Numbered from the stretch's first letter, positions 1-11,065 are shown. The stretch: 64,000 nucleotides of DNA from Flavobacteriales bacterium (GCA_002717515.1 PBEC01000018.1:198630-262629), one strand, 5' to 3'. Program-made: numbers and translations. The notes: generated by a model not told the origin, from the letters alone.

Positions 1-648
1 GTAGGAACCAATAGAACAAAAGAGTTAATGAAAGAATTGGCGCCTAAAATCGAAAATATATTTTCGGAAAAGAAATTTAGCTATTCTTTCACAGGAATAG
101 GTGTAATTGTGGCTAAAGGAGTTGAGACGTTAATTTCTAATTTAATCATGTCTTTGTTACTAACTGTACTTATTATTTCTGTTCTGATGGGGTTAATGTT
201 TAGAAACATTCGAATGGTTTTAATCAGTTTATTACCGAATATTTTACCTCTTTTTATAACAGCTGCAATTATGGGATATTGTGGTATAAACCTAAAGCCT
301 TCTACCATTTTGGTATTTAGTATTGCTTTCGGAATATCTATTGACGATACAATTCATTTTTTAGTAAAATATAGACAAGAACTTGCTAGTAACCAGGGTG
401 CTATAAAAACATCGGTAATAAATGCTTTAAAAGAAACTGGTTTAAGTATGTTTTATACTTCGGTTGTACTCTTTTTTGGATTTGGAATTTTTATAGCTTC
501 AGATTTTGGAGGTACTATAGCACTCGGTGTTCTAGTTGCATTAACTCTTTTGGTAGCCATGTTATCCAATTTAATTTTATTACCTTGCTTACTGTTAACT
601 TTAGATAAACTCATAACAATTAAAGCCGAGAAGGCCATTAAAAATTAG
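1..648 (+). CDS. RND/MMPL-family (SSD-type) transporter, C-terminal portion; 5' end truncated by the window edge (reading frame is open from base 1)
   Basis: Frame open from position 1 to the stop at 646-648. The translation is a cluster of hydrophobic TM helices ([43 protein letters not shown]) typical of the last TM bundle of RND/MMPL exporters. Confidence 0.5.
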   Translation, partial: VGTNRTKELMKELAPKIENIFSEKKFSYSFTGIGVIVAKGVETLISNLIMSLLLTVLIISVLMGLMFRNIRMVLISLLPNILPLFITAAIMGYCGINLKPSTILVFSIAFGISIDDTIHFLVKYRQELASNQGAIKTSVINALKETGLSMFYTSVVLFFGFGIFIASDFGGTIALGVLVALTLLVAMLSNLILLPCLLLTLDKLITIKAEKAIKN

Positions 649-652
649 AAGT

Positions 653-1513
653 ATGAAGGGGATTATTCTAGCAGGAGGATCAGGGTCAAGATTACATCCA
701 TTAACACTTTCTGTAAGTAAGCAATTAATGCCTGTATATGACAAACCAATGATTTATTACCCTCTGTCTACATTGCTTTTGGCTGGGATTAATGAAATTT
801 TAATTATTACAACACCTCACGATCAAAAATCTTTTCAGCAATTATTAGGAGATGGGAGTAGAATCGGTTGCCGTTTTAAGTATGTAGTTCAACACGAACC
901 TAACGGTTTGGCTCAAGCATTTGTGCTGGGAGAAGATTTTATAGGTAAAGATAATGCAGCATTGGTTTTAGGGGATAATATATTTTACGGTTCAGGCATG
1001 TCGAGTTTATTGCAATCCAATAACACACCAGATGGCGGTGTTGTTTACGCATATCATGTTTCTGATCCCGAACGATATGGTGTTGTTGAGTTTGATAAAA
1101 ATATGAATGCTATATCTATTGAAGAAAAACCTGAGGTTCCAAAATCCAACTACGCGGTTCCAGGACTTTATTTCTATGATAATGATGTTGTTGAAATCGC
1201 GAAGAATATTAAACCCTCAAGTAGAGGTGAATATGAAATTACCGATGTTAATGCAGAGTATTTAAGAAGAGGAAAGCTTAAGGTTAGTGTTATGAATAGA
1301 GGAACAGCTTGGTTAGATACGGGAACTTTCTCTAGTTTAATGCAAGCAGGTCAATACGTACAGGTTATAGAAGAACGCCAAGGGCTTAAAATTGGTTGTA
1401 TTGAAGAAGTTGCTTATCGAATGGGTTTCATTAACGAGGAGCAATTATTAGAGTTGGCCCAACCGCTTAAAAAGAGTGGGTATGGAATTTATATGGAAAA
1501 TATTGTAAAATGA
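653..1513 (+). CDS. rfbA: glucose-1-phosphate thymidylyltransferase
   Basis: N-terminal [38 protein letters not shown] is the canonical RmlA nucleotidyltransferase signature. Length 286 aa, ending YRMGFI..EQL like RmlA. Confidence 0.9.
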   Translation: MKGIILAGGSGSRLHPLTLSVSKQLMPVYDKPMIYYPLSTLLLAGINEILIITTPHDQKSFQQLLGDGSRIGCRFKYVVQHEPNGLAQAFVLGEDFIGKDNAALVLGDNIFYGSGMSSLLQSNNTPDGGVVYAYHVSDPERYGVVEFDKNMNAISIEEKPEVPKSNYAVPGLYFYDNDVVEIAKNIKPSSRGEYEITDVNAEYLRRGKLKVSVMNRGTAWLDTGTFSSLMQAGQYVQVIEERQGLKIGCIEEVAYRMGFINEEQLLELAQPLKKSGYGIYMENIVK

Positions 1514-2454
1514 CTAGAATATTAGTTACAGGAGGAGCAGGTTTTATAGGAAGTGTATTGGCTGAAAAGCTAATATCAAATAAAGAAAATTTCGTGGTAA
1601 TAGTTGATGATTTGTCTACTGGTAGTTTAGATAAACTTCCGAATCATTTGCCAAATCAAAATTGGCGTTTTGTTAAGGCGGATGTAAATGAATATCGAGA
1701 CATAGCTGAAATTATGTTGGGGAAAAAATTTGACTATGTTTTTCATTACGCAGCATTAGTAGGTGTTCAAAGAACCCAAGAATATCCAGTAAAAGTTTTG
1801 AGAGATATTGAAGGTTTTAAGCATGTTTTAAATCTTTCTAAAAGTACAGGAGTTAAGCGTGTTTTTTTCTCCTCGTCATCTGAAGTTTATGGAGAGCCCG
1901 TTGAATTGCCTCAGCATGAACAAACAACACCGTTAAATTCCAAGGTTCCATATGCAGTTGTTAAAAATATTGGTGAAGCCTTTTTAAGGTCTTACAAACA
2001 AGAATTCGGGTTGGATTACACAATATTCAGGTTTTTCAATACATATGGTCCGAAGCAGAGCGATGACTTTGTTATGTCTAAGTTCTTATATAAGGCTTTG
2101 AGAGGGGAAGATATTACAATATATGGAGATGGATCTCAAACCAGAACATTTTGTTTTTGTGACGACAATGTGGATGCTTGTTTGAAAGCTTTATACGATA
2201 AAAAAGTCATAAACGATGTCATAAATATAGGAGGAGAGCATGAAATTAAAATTATTGACTTGGCTAAAAAAATCATTGAAGCTACAAACTCCACTTCAAA
2301 AATCATTCACCTCCCTCCATTAAAGGATGGCGATATGGCCAGGAGATGTCCCGATAATACAAAAATGAGAAGTTTATTAGGACGTGAACTAATAACGATT
2401 GATGAAGGAATTAAGATTTTATTAGAAAGTCCACAATTTCAAATAAATCAATAA
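1510..2454 (+). CDS. NAD-dependent epimerase/dehydratase (extended SDR family; UDP-sugar epimerase or decarboxylase-like)
   Basis: TGGAGFIGS Rossmann motif, SSSEVYG and YAVVK (YxxxK) catalytic motifs. Overlaps the rfbA stop by 4 nt, consistent with an operon. Confidence 0.75.
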   Translation: MTRILVTGGAGFIGSVLAEKLISNKENFVVIVDDLSTGSLDKLPNHLPNQNWRFVKADVNEYRDIAEIMLGKKFDYVFHYAALVGVQRTQEYPVKVLRDIEGFKHVLNLSKSTGVKRVFFSSSSEVYGEPVELPQHEQTTPLNSKVPYAVVKNIGEAFLRSYKQEFGLDYTIFRFFNTYGPKQSDDFVMSKFLYKALRGEDITIYGDGSQTRTFCFCDDNVDACLKALYDKKVINDVINIGGEHEIKIIDLAKKIIEATNSTSKIIHLPPLKDGDMARRCPDNTKMRSLLGRELITIDEGIKILLESPQFQINQ

Positions 2455-2467
2455 AATTAGAGTAGGT

Positions 2468-3430
2468 TTGGAATATCAGGAAATTATTTCTCTCGTTCAG
2501 GACGAGATAGAACAAACCAGTTACAAGGGCTATCCTTCTGAGTTATATGAGCCAATGAATTATATGATTCAATTGGGAGGGAAAAGGCTCCGTCCTGTTA
2601 CTACTCTTTTGGCTACTCAATTGTTTTCTGGAGAAATATCCAGAGCAATACCTGCTGCAAAAGCTATTGAAGTATTTCATAATTTTACTTTAATTCATGA
2701 CGACATCATGGATAAAGCGCCATTACGTAGAGGCAAACAAACTGTTCACGAAAAGTGGAACGATAATATTGCAATTCTTTCTGGAGATACTCTTTTGATT
2801 GAAGTTTATAATCATTTTTTAGAAGGAAACTATTCAAATTTATCTGAAATATTAAAAGTATTTAATCGAACTGCAATTGAGGTTTGTGAAGGTCAGCAAT
2901 TGGACATGAATTTTGAGACTAGAAACGATGTTACAATCGAAGAATATATCAATATGATTCGATTAAAAACATCTGTCTTAGTAGGAGGAGCATTTAAAAT
3001 AGGAGCTCTGGTTGCTAATGCGAATGAACTTGATTCAAATTTAATTTATGAATTTGGAGTCAACCTTGGAATAGCATTTCAGTTGCAGGACGATTATTTA
3101 GATTGTTTTGGTGATCCTCAAAAATTTGGGAAACAAGTAGGTGGAGATATCATATCGAATAAAAAAACATTTATGATGTTGAAGGCTCTTGAGATTGATT
3201 CAACAGGAGAATTACGCAATAGGATTTCAGAAAAAGAATTTGATTCGCAGGAAAAGGTAGATTCGGTTAAAGAACTTTATAAAAAGCTAAAAGTTGATCA
3301 AAAGGCATTTGAGCTAATGAATCAGTATTATGCTAAGGGAATTCAAAGTTTAAATCAAATTCAATCATTAGATGATGCAAAAAACAAAATCATTAGGTTT
3401 GCTGAAGATTTAATGAAAAGATCATCATAA
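2468..3430 (+). CDS. polyprenyl diphosphate synthase (trans-isoprenyl diphosphate synthase family). The start is likely the TTG at 2468 or the ATG of MNYMIQ further downstream.
   Basis: Two aspartate-rich motifs, LIHDDIMD (FARM) and QLQDDYLD (SARM), plus GKRLRP. Confidence 0.8.
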   Translation: MEYQEIISLVQDEIEQTSYKGYPSELYEPMNYMIQLGGKRLRPVTTLLATQLFSGEISRAIPAAKAIEVFHNFTLIHDDIMDKAPLRRGKQTVHEKWNDNIAILSGDTLLIEVYNHFLEGNYSNLSEILKVFNRTAIEVCEGQQLDMNFETRNDVTIEEYINMIRLKTSVLVGGAFKIGALVANANELDSNLIYEFGVNLGIAFQLQDDYLDCFGDPQKFGKQVGGDIISNKKTFMMLKALEIDSTGELRNRISEKEFDSQEKVDSVKELYKKLKVDQKAFELMNQYYAKGIQSLNQIQSLDDAKNKIIRFAEDLMKRSS

Positions 3431-3780
3431 TGACTATCATTCAAAGAAACGATAGATTATATTTGAGTCAAGAGAGTTATTTTGAAAAGGTAAAGAGTCA
3501 ATTGATTAATGATATAAATGATATTCATTTTGAAAAAAAAATAAAATTAATATCATTCAACCAAAGGGAACTTCTAGCGAGCACAGTTACGGTTTATTTA
3601 CAAAAAACATTTACCAAGAGTTCTTCTTTGTTTTATCAATTGATGTATAAAATTGATATTCCTGAAACAACACTAGAATCCAAAATTGTCAATTTCTCAA
3701 TTGATTTTTCAGTTTTGTCGGATTTAGTTTTGAAAAGAGAATTAATGAAAGTACTTACAAGGGAAAAATATTCACGCTAA
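3430..3780 (+). CDS. hypothetical protein (116 aa), translationally coupled (TAATG) to the upstream polyprenyl synthase
   Basis: ORF with ATG overlapping the upstream stop. No recognisable motif. Lys/Ser-rich. Confidence 0.35.
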   Translation: MTIIQRNDRLYLSQESYFEKVKSQLINDINDIHFEKKIKLISFNQRELLASTVTVYLQKTFTKSSSLFYQLMYKIDIPETTLESKIVNFSIDFSVLSDLVLKRELMKVLTREKYSR

Positions 3781-3789
3781 TGGGGTTTA

Positions 3790-5043
3790 CTACTTTTCTT
3801 CAGGATATTTGATGTTGGATAATTCAGCAGTTACCTTTTCTTTTATCTCTATATACATTTTTAAGTTAGCTTGACTTATTGGTTTTGATTTAGGTAGTTT
3901 CTGTTTGTAAGGATCAACTTGACGTCCATTTTTCCAAAATCGGTAACATACATGAGGTCCCGTAGCTAAGCCTGTTGATCCGACAAATCCAATTACATCA
4001 CCTTGATTCACTTTAACACCTGGACGAATACCTTTTTTTATTTTATTCATATGTAAATATTGGGTAGTGTATACAGAATTGTGTTTTATTTTAACATAAT
4101 TCCCGTTATATCGGTTGTATTTTGCATGAGTTATTACTCCTTTAGCTGTGGCATAAATAGGAGTTCCTTTTGGTGCTGCATAATCTGTTCCCAAATGAGG
4201 TTTGTTTCTTTTCTGTACAGGATGATAGCGTCTCATAGAAAATCTTGAAGAAATTCTTGAGAATTTTACAGGGGCTTTTAGAAATTGCCGTCTTAGACCT
4301 CTATTTTCATGATCATAATACTCTGGTTCTCCATTTTGAGAGAACTGAATAGCATAGAATGGTTTTTTGAAATGTTCAAAATATGCGGCCTTTATTCTTT
4401 TTACCCCAATACTTTCTCCGTCTACAACGGTTTCTTCATAAATTACTTTAAATCGATCTCCTTTCTGAATGCGATAAAAGTCGATACTCCATGCATATAC
4501 TTCAGACAAGGCAATAGCTAATTCTGGATTATATCCTTGTTTTTCAAGCGATAAGTAAAGTGAGTTATTTATAATTCCAGAAGCTTCTTTGGTCACAATT
4601 TTTACAGGTTTTTTATCGCGATATATTTTTAAAGAATCTCTTAAATCGTATACGATGTAATTTATTTTGTCGATTTCATAAACTAAAATTTGAGCCTTTT
4701 CTGAGGAGTCATTTTTTTCAAAAACAGTATAATGTCTTCCGGCTCTTAATTTTCTTACATTAAATAGTTTTTTTCCTTCATATGCCATTTTATTCATTGT
4801 GGCATAACTAATACCGTGACTGGTTACTAAATCGCTAAAAAATTGATTTTTTTTCACTTTATCTCCCACAACTTTAAAGGAATCAACGTGAAATCCATAA
4901 AGCATTTGCGGTTCTTTGATAATGGTATCGATTTGATCTGGATTTTTGGTTGTTGAACTGTTTATTTCAGATTCACCACAATTAGTAGTTAATATTAGAA
5001 GTAAAAGGAGTGTAAAAAATAGACTTATTTTAGTTTTAAACAT
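3790..5043 (-). CDS. M23-family metallopeptidase lipoprotein
   Basis: Lipoprotein signal (LLLLILTTNCG). C-terminal HLGTDYAAPKGTPIYA...GSTGLATGPHVCYRF matches the M23/LytM HxxxD...HxH peptidase core. Confidence 0.8.
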   Translation of the reverse strand: MFKTKISLFFTLLLLLILTTNCGESEINSSTTKNPDQIDTIIKEPQMLYGFHVDSFKVVGDKVKKNQFFSDLVTSHGISYATMNKMAYEGKKLFNVRKLRAGRHYTVFEKNDSSEKAQILVYEIDKINYIVYDLRDSLKIYRDKKPVKIVTKEASGIINNSLYLSLEKQGYNPELAIALSEVYAWSIDFYRIQKGDRFKVIYEETVVDGESIGVKRIKAAYFEHFKKPFYAIQFSQNGEPEYYDHENRGLRRQFLKAPVKFSRISSRFSMRRYHPVQKRNKPHLGTDYAAPKGTPIYATAKGVITHAKYNRYNGNYVKIKHNSVYTTQYLHMNKIKKGIRPGVKVNQGDVIGFVGSTGLATGPHVCYRFWKNGRQVDPYKQKLPKSKPISQANLKMYIEIKEKVTAELSNIKYPEEK

Positions 5044-5140
5044 AAGGTAAAATTAATTTATGAAAGGTTGCTTGAAAAGAGAGAATTTGTTAAAAAGTCA
5101 AACAAAGGTCGTTTATTATGTAAAAACGTAAGAAGTAAAG

Positions 5141-7159
5141 TTATAAGTTTCGTCCCAATGCAAGAGATAAAGTAAGTTTTGCCTGGTTGAGTATACTAAG
5201 GTGCATGAGTAAATCATTGATTTCTTCTGAAGATGTAAATGATTTTAACTTTTCGTTTACTTCCTTTATTTCAGACTTTATTCTTCCAAGTTTCAACCTG
5301 TTTAGAGCTACTGTTATGGCAAGCTTTATTTTATCTTGTTCAGTGGTCACATAAATGGAATGTTTTTTCCAATTATTTAACCGATGTCTTTCCTCAGTGA
5401 TGTTAATCACCTGCTTCACCAAATTGGCTTCATTACTTCTCAAAAAGAATTTTTCGGTAGGGATTTCTCCCTCATAAAATTTATTCTTAAACACCTCCCA
5501 TATGGACTTATGTTGTGAGTTTTTAAATTCAATTTCATCATGCGAAATGTCTTCAATTACCATTTGAGCAACAGTTATTTGATGTTGTTTTTTTGCATCC
5601 ATGATGTCTTTGTTGAGTTCATCATTTTGGTTCGAGTTGTTTACTGAAATTTCATAATGACCATATTTGAGCAGAAGTCTTAAAAGATATGCCTCATTAT
5701 AGTTGTTTTCTTGATTCAGTTTTTTCTGTTGTTCATCTTTAGGTAAATTACTTTTTTCTAACGATTTACCTTCAATGTCTTGAGTAATTGAATTTTGTGA
5801 GAGACTATCGAATTTAGTGGGGTTAGAATTTCCTTTTATTTTTTGTTCTTTTTCAAAATTCAATCTTCGTGCTTTATTAAGCTCATTAACAAGGGTTTGC
5901 TCGGCAATATTAAGAAGTTTGGATGCGTCTTGGGTATATACCGAGCGTACAATCATATCGGGTATTATAGAAATGGATTGGACAACCTCTTTTATGAGCC
6001 CTGCTCTTTTTATAGGATCATTTTTAGCTTCTTTTAAAAGTGTTGAAGCTTTAAAGCTTATAAAATCTTGTTTCTTTTCTTCGATGTATTCCTCCAGTTC
6101 AACAAGTGTATTTGATCGAGCAAAACTGTCAGGGTCTTCGCCGTTTGGAAAAGTAACCACTTTAACATTCATACCTTCACTTAAAATTAAGTCAATTCCT
6201 CTGAAAGATGCTTTAATTCCGGCCTCATCACCATCGTAAAGAACGGTTATGTTAGGGGTAAAACGTTTAATTAGTTTTATTTGTCCTTTGGTTAATGATG
6301 TGCCACTAGAGGCAACTACGTTTTCAATTCCTTTCTGGTGCAGAGATATGACGTCTGTATATCCTTCTACCAAAAAACAGTTGTCGTTTTGAATCATAGC
6401 TCGTTTTGCTAAATACAAACCATATAGAACATCACTTTTATGATAAATAGGTGTCTCAGGAGAGTTGAGGTATTTCGCTGATTTTTTGTTGGATTGAAGA
6501 ATACGAGCTCCAAAACCAATTGTTCTTCCTGAGAGGTTATGAATGGGGAATATTATTCTTCCAAAGAATCGATCGAATAATTTATTGTTTCTTTCTGAGG
6601 TCAGCCCCGAATCAAGTAAAAGGTCTTTTTTATACCCTTTATCGAGTGCTATTTTTGTAAAATGATTCCTTTCTTCAAATGAATACCCCAATCCAAATTT
6701 ATCTATCATTTCATCAGAAATACCTCTACTTTTAAAGTATCCTAAACCAACAGATTTACCTTCATCTGTTTCAGAAAGATTTTTTCTAAATTGCTCTTTT
6801 GCGAATTGAGAAATTAAAAATAAAGATTCTCTCTTGTTTATTTTTAACTTTTCATCTGGACTGATTTCTTTTTCCTCTACAGTAATATTGTATTTTTTTG
6901 CCAGATATTTTAAGGCTTCTGGATAGGACATTTGTTCATGTTCCATAACAAAGTTTACAGCATTCCCTGAAACTCCGCATCCGAAGCATTTATAAATTCC
7001 TTTGGCAGGAGAGACTGTGAATGAAGGTGTTTTTTCATTGTGAAAAGGACAGTTTCCAAGTAAATTGACACCTCTTTTTTTTAAAGCAACGAAATCACTA
7101 ATTACCTCTTCAATTCGAGATTCGTCGATTATTTTATCTACAGTCTCCTTTGGAATCAT
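5141..7159 (-). CDS. dnaG: DNA primase
   Basis: CHC2 zinc finger CPFHNEKTPSFTVSPAKGIYKCFGCGVSGNAVNFV. TOPRIM EGYTDVISLHQ..YDGDEAG. 672 aa. Confidence 0.9.
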   Translation of the reverse strand: MIPKETVDKIIDESRIEEVISDFVALKKRGVNLLGNCPFHNEKTPSFTVSPAKGIYKCFGCGVSGNAVNFVMEHEQMSYPEALKYLAKKYNITVEEKEISPDEKLKINKRESLFLISQFAKEQFRKNLSETDEGKSVGLGYFKSRGISDEMIDKFGLGYSFEERNHFTKIALDKGYKKDLLLDSGLTSERNNKLFDRFFGRIIFPIHNLSGRTIGFGARILQSNKKSAKYLNSPETPIYHKSDVLYGLYLAKRAMIQNDNCFLVEGYTDVISLHQKGIENVVASSGTSLTKGQIKLIKRFTPNITVLYDGDEAGIKASFRGIDLILSEGMNVKVVTFPNGEDPDSFARSNTLVELEEYIEEKKQDFISFKASTLLKEAKNDPIKRAGLIKEVVQSISIIPDMIVRSVYTQDASKLLNIAEQTLVNELNKARRLNFEKEQKIKGNSNPTKFDSLSQNSITQDIEGKSLEKSNLPKDEQQKKLNQENNYNEAYLLRLLLKYGHYEISVNNSNQNDELNKDIMDAKKQHQITVAQMVIEDISHDEIEFKNSQHKSIWEVFKNKFYEGEIPTEKFFLRSNEANLVKQVINITEERHRLNNWKKHSIYVTTEQDKIKLAITVALNRLKLGRIKSEIKEVNEKLKSFTSSEEINDLLMHLSILNQAKLTLSLALGRNL

Positions 7160-7162
7160 TAA

Positions 7163-7492
7163 TTATTTTGTTAGGATTTCCATTTCTTTTCCAATTTGCA
7201 TACCGAATTCACGAATCTTGTCGGCTACAACATTCTCTTTAGTTGAACGTTCCAAAGAATCCGCTAAAGTCATTAGCGTTTGAAAATGAAAATACTTCAT
7301 TTCGTCAACTCTCATTTCTTTCGTCCATAAATCAACCCGTTTAGCAACTTTTTCCTTTCCGTCCCAGACCGAAATCATTAATGCTTTAATTTCTTCTTCC
7401 GAAACCCCTCCTCCTTCAGAAGCTGTCCAATCTAATTTTTCAGGGATGAGGTTTTCATCTAAAGTAACAGTAAACTTAATTTCTTTTTTCAT
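7163..7492 (-). CDS. gldC: gliding-motility-associated protein GldC-like (109 aa)
   Basis: Size, position immediately downstream of a GldB-like lipoprotein gene, and the MKKEIKFTV..LDEN N-terminus recalled from the GldC family. Not verifiable without a search. Confidence 0.45.
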   Translation of the reverse strand: MKKEIKFTVTLDENLIPEKLDWTASEGGGVSEEEIKALMISVWDGKEKVAKRVDLWTKEMRVDEMKYFHFQTLMTLADSLERSTKENVVADKIREFGMQIGKEMEILTK

Positions 7493-7498
7493 ATTATT

Positions 7499-8479
7499 CT
7501 AAGGGTTATATTTTGAGTCTCTAAAAATAGTTGTAAAATCCTTATTTGTCATCAATTCATTCAAAGTTACCTCTGGGTTGTTGTCCATATACTCTTTAAT
7601 TATTCTATAACCAATAAAAATACCAGCTCTTCCTGGGGATTCTCTTTCTACTGAAGATACAAATGGTCCGTGTTGTATGAATTTTTTATAGTTTCTATAA
7701 TCTTTAGAGAATAAATGCTCCTTTAATGCGAGATGTTTCCAAAAGGACTTTTCATGGCTGTAGCACCATATCATCTGACGTGTTGTAAATTGAAAACGTA
7801 TTGAGTCCATTACATTTGGCATCATTGCTTCTACAAAATATTCAAGTTTTCCGAGTCCAATCATATTTTCAAGGAGTGTTTCACCATGTATACTTTCTGA
7901 ATATTTATTTTTTGCAAAAGACCTTATTACAATTGGAGTTATGTATTCTTTTTTGTAGTTCTTTGAAAGATATTTCGGAATACGATCTTGGCTATATATT
8001 TCATAATCTTCTCCATAAAACAAATCGATTCCAATTAAAATTTCGTTGTTTTTTACAACAACTGGCGTTGTATAGTTTACACTTGATATATAAGTGTAAA
8101 TAACTGGTAATGAGTCTTTTGGGAAGTAGTGTTTGTAGTGAGAAAAAGCATGGTTTAATTTTTCTTTGATTTTATCGTAGCTGCCGATTTTGGAGTTCCA
8201 GTCGCTAAACAGTTTAATATTGAGTTCATTGTTCAAATAATCATTAAGCTCTAAAAGTTTGGTAGGGTCTTTGTACTCACCGTTTATAAATACAGGATAT
8301 TTAGGAGCTAGTTGATCCAATGAAGTTTCTAAATTTTCAGTATTAATATTGAATAAATCTTGTTCATAGTGACGAAAATCTAATTTTGATTTGCTTTTAG
8401 AAACATCAATTATTAGAGACGGTTCAGAACAAGAAATAAAAAGAATAATAAATAAAAAGAAAATAACAACGTTCTTCAT
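7499..8479 (-). CDS. gldB: gliding-motility lipoprotein GldB-like (326 aa)
   Basis: Lipoprotein signal peptide with Cys (FISCSEPS). Size (~37 kDa) and gldB-gldC tandem context. Assignment by context and recall only. Confidence 0.45.
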   Translation of the reverse strand: MKNVVIFFLFIILFISCSEPSLIIDVSKSKSKLDFRHYEQDLFNINTENLETSLDQLAPKYPVFINGEYKDPTKLLELNDYLNNELNIKLFSDWNSKIGSYDKIKEKLNHAFSHYKHYFPKDSLPVIYTYISSVNYTTPVVVKNNEILIGIDLFYGEDYEIYSQDRIPKYLSKNYKKEYITPIVIRSFAKNKYSESIHGETLLENMIGLGKLEYFVEAMMPNVMDSIRFQFTTRQMIWCYSHEKSFWKHLALKEHLFSKDYRNYKKFIQHGPFVSSVERESPGRAGIFIGYRIIKEYMDNNPEVTLNELMTNKDFTTIFRDSKYNP

Positions 8480-8586
8480 AAAACTATCGACTGCTTTACT
8501 TAATTTCGTAAAGTTAGTTATTGATTGAATAATTAACTTTTAATTATTCACTTTATTTGAAATATTTTTTAATAAAACTCAATACA

Positions 8587-9360
8587 ATGAAAAAAATTAT
8601 CACTTCACTAATTATATTTATACTTAGTTCAAATGTTTATGGTCAAGATATTTCAACTGGTCCTGAATTTAGGAAACATCGTTTTGGATTAAAAGGAACC
8701 CCGGGAGTTGCATATTTTAAGGTTAATAAAACCGGAAAGAAAAATAAAGGTTTGGGATACCATATTGGGGGTGGATTGAATTATGAGTATTCTTTGAGCA
8801 GAAATGTTGCCATTGCTTCAGGTTTGATTTTTTCGCAAACTAATGGAAAAGTTGAGTATACGGATTCTCTGGGATTGGATTATGTAAGTATATCAAACGG
8901 GACTGAAAATAGTGAAAGAGCATACCGGCTTCATTCAAGATCTTATGTCTTTAAGTCTGTTGACATTCCTTTGAAATTTAAATTCAGGACTCCTGAACTA
9001 GGATATTTGACTTACTACCTTGAATTTGGATCTACAGTGAATATAATTTCAGGTGCTTTTGCTCGTAAGAATCTTGTAACACTTAACGAGGGGAATACAC
9101 AGTCTTTACTATCCGGTAATGAGTCTAGTCTGGATGTCGGTAAAGAAGTTGTTTTTCTAAGAGGAGGTGTTAATTTTGGGGGCGGTGTAGAATGGAATGT
9201 TGCGGGGAATACATCTTTGCTTTTTGGTTTAAATGGTAATTTTGGATTCACGAATATTTTAAAGAAAAATTCATCAACTATTTCCTACGATCATGGAGGT
9301 TCTTTTAAAAGAGCAACAAATTTAAATTACATTGCCCTTCAGGTTGGAGTTCAGTTTTAA
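8587..9360 (+). CDS. outer-membrane beta-barrel protein (OMP_b-brl/PorT-like family). The likely start is the internal MKKIITSL.
   Basis: Signal peptide (IIFILSSNVYGQ). Alternating hydrophobic beta-strand pattern. Gly/aromatic-rich. Terminal ..QVGVQF aromatic residue typical of OM barrels. Confidence 0.5.
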   Translation: MKKIITSLIIFILSSNVYGQDISTGPEFRKHRFGLKGTPGVAYFKVNKTGKKNKGLGYHIGGGLNYEYSLSRNVAIASGLIFSQTNGKVEYTDSLGLDYVSISNGTENSERAYRLHSRSYVFKSVDIPLKFKFRTPELGYLTYYLEFGSTVNIISGAFARKNLVTLNEGNTQSLLSGNESSLDVGKEVVFLRGGVNFGGGVEWNVAGNTSLLFGLNGNFGFTNILKKNSSTISYDHGGSFKRATNLNYIALQVGVQF

Positions 9361-9433
9361 AAGTTTTCAAATAAGAGTATTGAGCTTTATTTTTATTTGT
9401 GCATACTAATAACTTCTATTCTATCTTTGTAGT

Positions 9434-11065
9434 ATGAAAATTGCAGCAGCTCAACTTAACTTTCATGTTGGGAATTTTGAATTCAATCGTAAAAAAATAA
9501 TTGATTACATACGGTCAGCCGTTCAAAAGAAAATAGATCTTTTGGTTTTTCCTGAACTGGCCATTTGTGGGTATCCTCCACGTGATTTTTTAGAATTCAA
9601 TGATTTTGTTGAAAAATGTATTGCTAGTATTGAGTCTATTGCTTTGGAAACAAAAGACATTGCTGTTGTCATTGGAGGTCCAAGTAAAAATAACACAGGT
9701 AAAGGTAAGTCTCTATTTAATTCTGCCTATGTTCTTGTAAATGGAAGGGTCAAAGAAATAATAAAAAAAACACTATTACCTACTTATGATGTGTTTGATG
9801 AATATCGTTATTTTGAACAATCTAGAGTTTTCAATGTAATAGAAATAAAAGGGAAAAATATTGGTATAGCGATTTGTGAAGATCTTTGGAATGTTGGGAA
9901 CAACCCATTATATACACAAACACCGGCTTTAGAATTGAAAGAGTTGGGAGCTGAAATAATTGTTAATATTTCTGCTTCTCCATTTTCATATTTGCAGGAT
10001 TCAAATCGGAAAGAAGTTCTAAAAGAAAATACTGAAAAAACTAACATTCCTATTGTTTATTGTAATCATGTTGGGGCTCAAACCGAATTGATTTTTGATG
10101 GGGGATCTTTTTTTATGAATTCAGATGGAAAGGTCGTTAAACAAAGTCCTTTTTTTAGTGAAGATTTGTTGATTTCAGAATTAATAAATGGTCAATTCTT
10201 AAAAGGAAATGTGCAATCGGGAAGTAAAATTCAGTTGATTCATGATGCTTTAATTATGGGCATAAAGGATTATTTTAAAAAGTTAGGCTTTAATAAGGCA
10301 GTTATTGGGTTAAGCGGTGGTATTGATTCAGCGGTTACTTTTGCTTTAGCAGTCCGAGCACTAGGGAATAATAATGTTTTTGGAGTATTAATGCCTTCTC
10401 AATATTCTTCCAATCATTCTATTGATGATGCAAAAAAATTAAGTGAGAATCTTGGTGCTCCATATAAAATAGTGTCTATTGAGGAGATATATTCGGTATA
10501 CAATGAAAAATTGAAGCCTCTTTTTAAGGATTTACCCTTTGGACTGGCCGAAGAAAATTTACAGGCGAGAGCACGAGGGGTTTTATTAATGGCAATATCC
10601 AATAAATTTGGATACATTGTCTTGAATACATCAAATAAAAGTGAAGCAGCTGTTGGCTATGGAACCTTATATGGGGACATGTGTGGGGGATTATCTGTAC
10701 TGGGAGATGTTTATAAAACAGAGGTTTTCGAATTGGCTAGATACATCAATAAGGATGCTGAGGTTATACCTGAAAATTCTATTTTAAAACCGCCTTCAGC
10801 AGAGCTTCGCCCAGACCAAAAAGATTCTGACTCCTTACCAGATTATGATGTTTTGGATAAAGTTTTATTTGAATACATAGAAAATAGAAAAGGGCCAAAA
10901 GAGCTTTTAAAAATGGGGATCGATGAAACTGTTGTCAATCGAGTGCTAAGAATGGTAAACTCTAACGAGTACAAACGATACCAAACACCACCGGTTTTAC
11001 GGATAAGTCATAAGGCTTTTGGTATGGGTAGAAGGATGCCTATAGTAGCAAAATATCTTTTGTGA
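9434..11065 (+). CDS. nadE: glutamine-dependent NAD+ synthetase
   Basis: N-terminal CN-hydrolase domain (KIAAAQLN..FPELAICGY). C-terminal NAD synthetase PP-loop GLSGGIDSAV. 543 aa. Confidence 0.9.
   Translation: MKIAAAQLNFHVGNFEFNRKKIIDYIRSAVQKKIDLLVFPELAICGYPPRDFLEFNDFVEKCIASIESIALETKDIAVVIGGPSKNNTGKGKSLFNSAYVLVNGRVKEIIKKTLLPTYDVFDEYRYFEQSRVFNVIEIKGKNIGIAICEDLWNVGNNPLYTQTPALELKELGAEIIVNISASPFSYLQDSNRKEVLKENTEKTNIPIVYCNHVGAQTELIFDGGSFFMNSDGKVVKQSPFFSEDLLISELINGQFLKGNVQSGSKIQLIHDALIMGIKDYFKKLGFNKAVIGLSGGIDSAVTFALAVRALGNNNVFGVLMPSQYSSNHSIDDAKKLSENLGAPYKIVSIEEIYSVYNEKLKPLFKDLPFGLAEENLQARARGVLLMAISNKFGYIVLNTSNKSEAAVGYGTLYGDMCGGLSVLGDVYKTEVFELARYINKDAEVIPENSILKPPSAELRPDQKDSDSLPDYDVLDKVLFEYIENRKGPKELLKMGIDETVVNRVLRMVNSNEYKRYQTPPVLRISHKAFGMGRRMPIVAKYLL

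Noticed and set aside
5817-6239. 140-aa and 64-aa plus-strand ORFs inside dnaG
   Set aside because: Entirely antisense to a well-supported primase gene. Ser/Phe/Leu-rich composition typical of antisense AT-rich frames.
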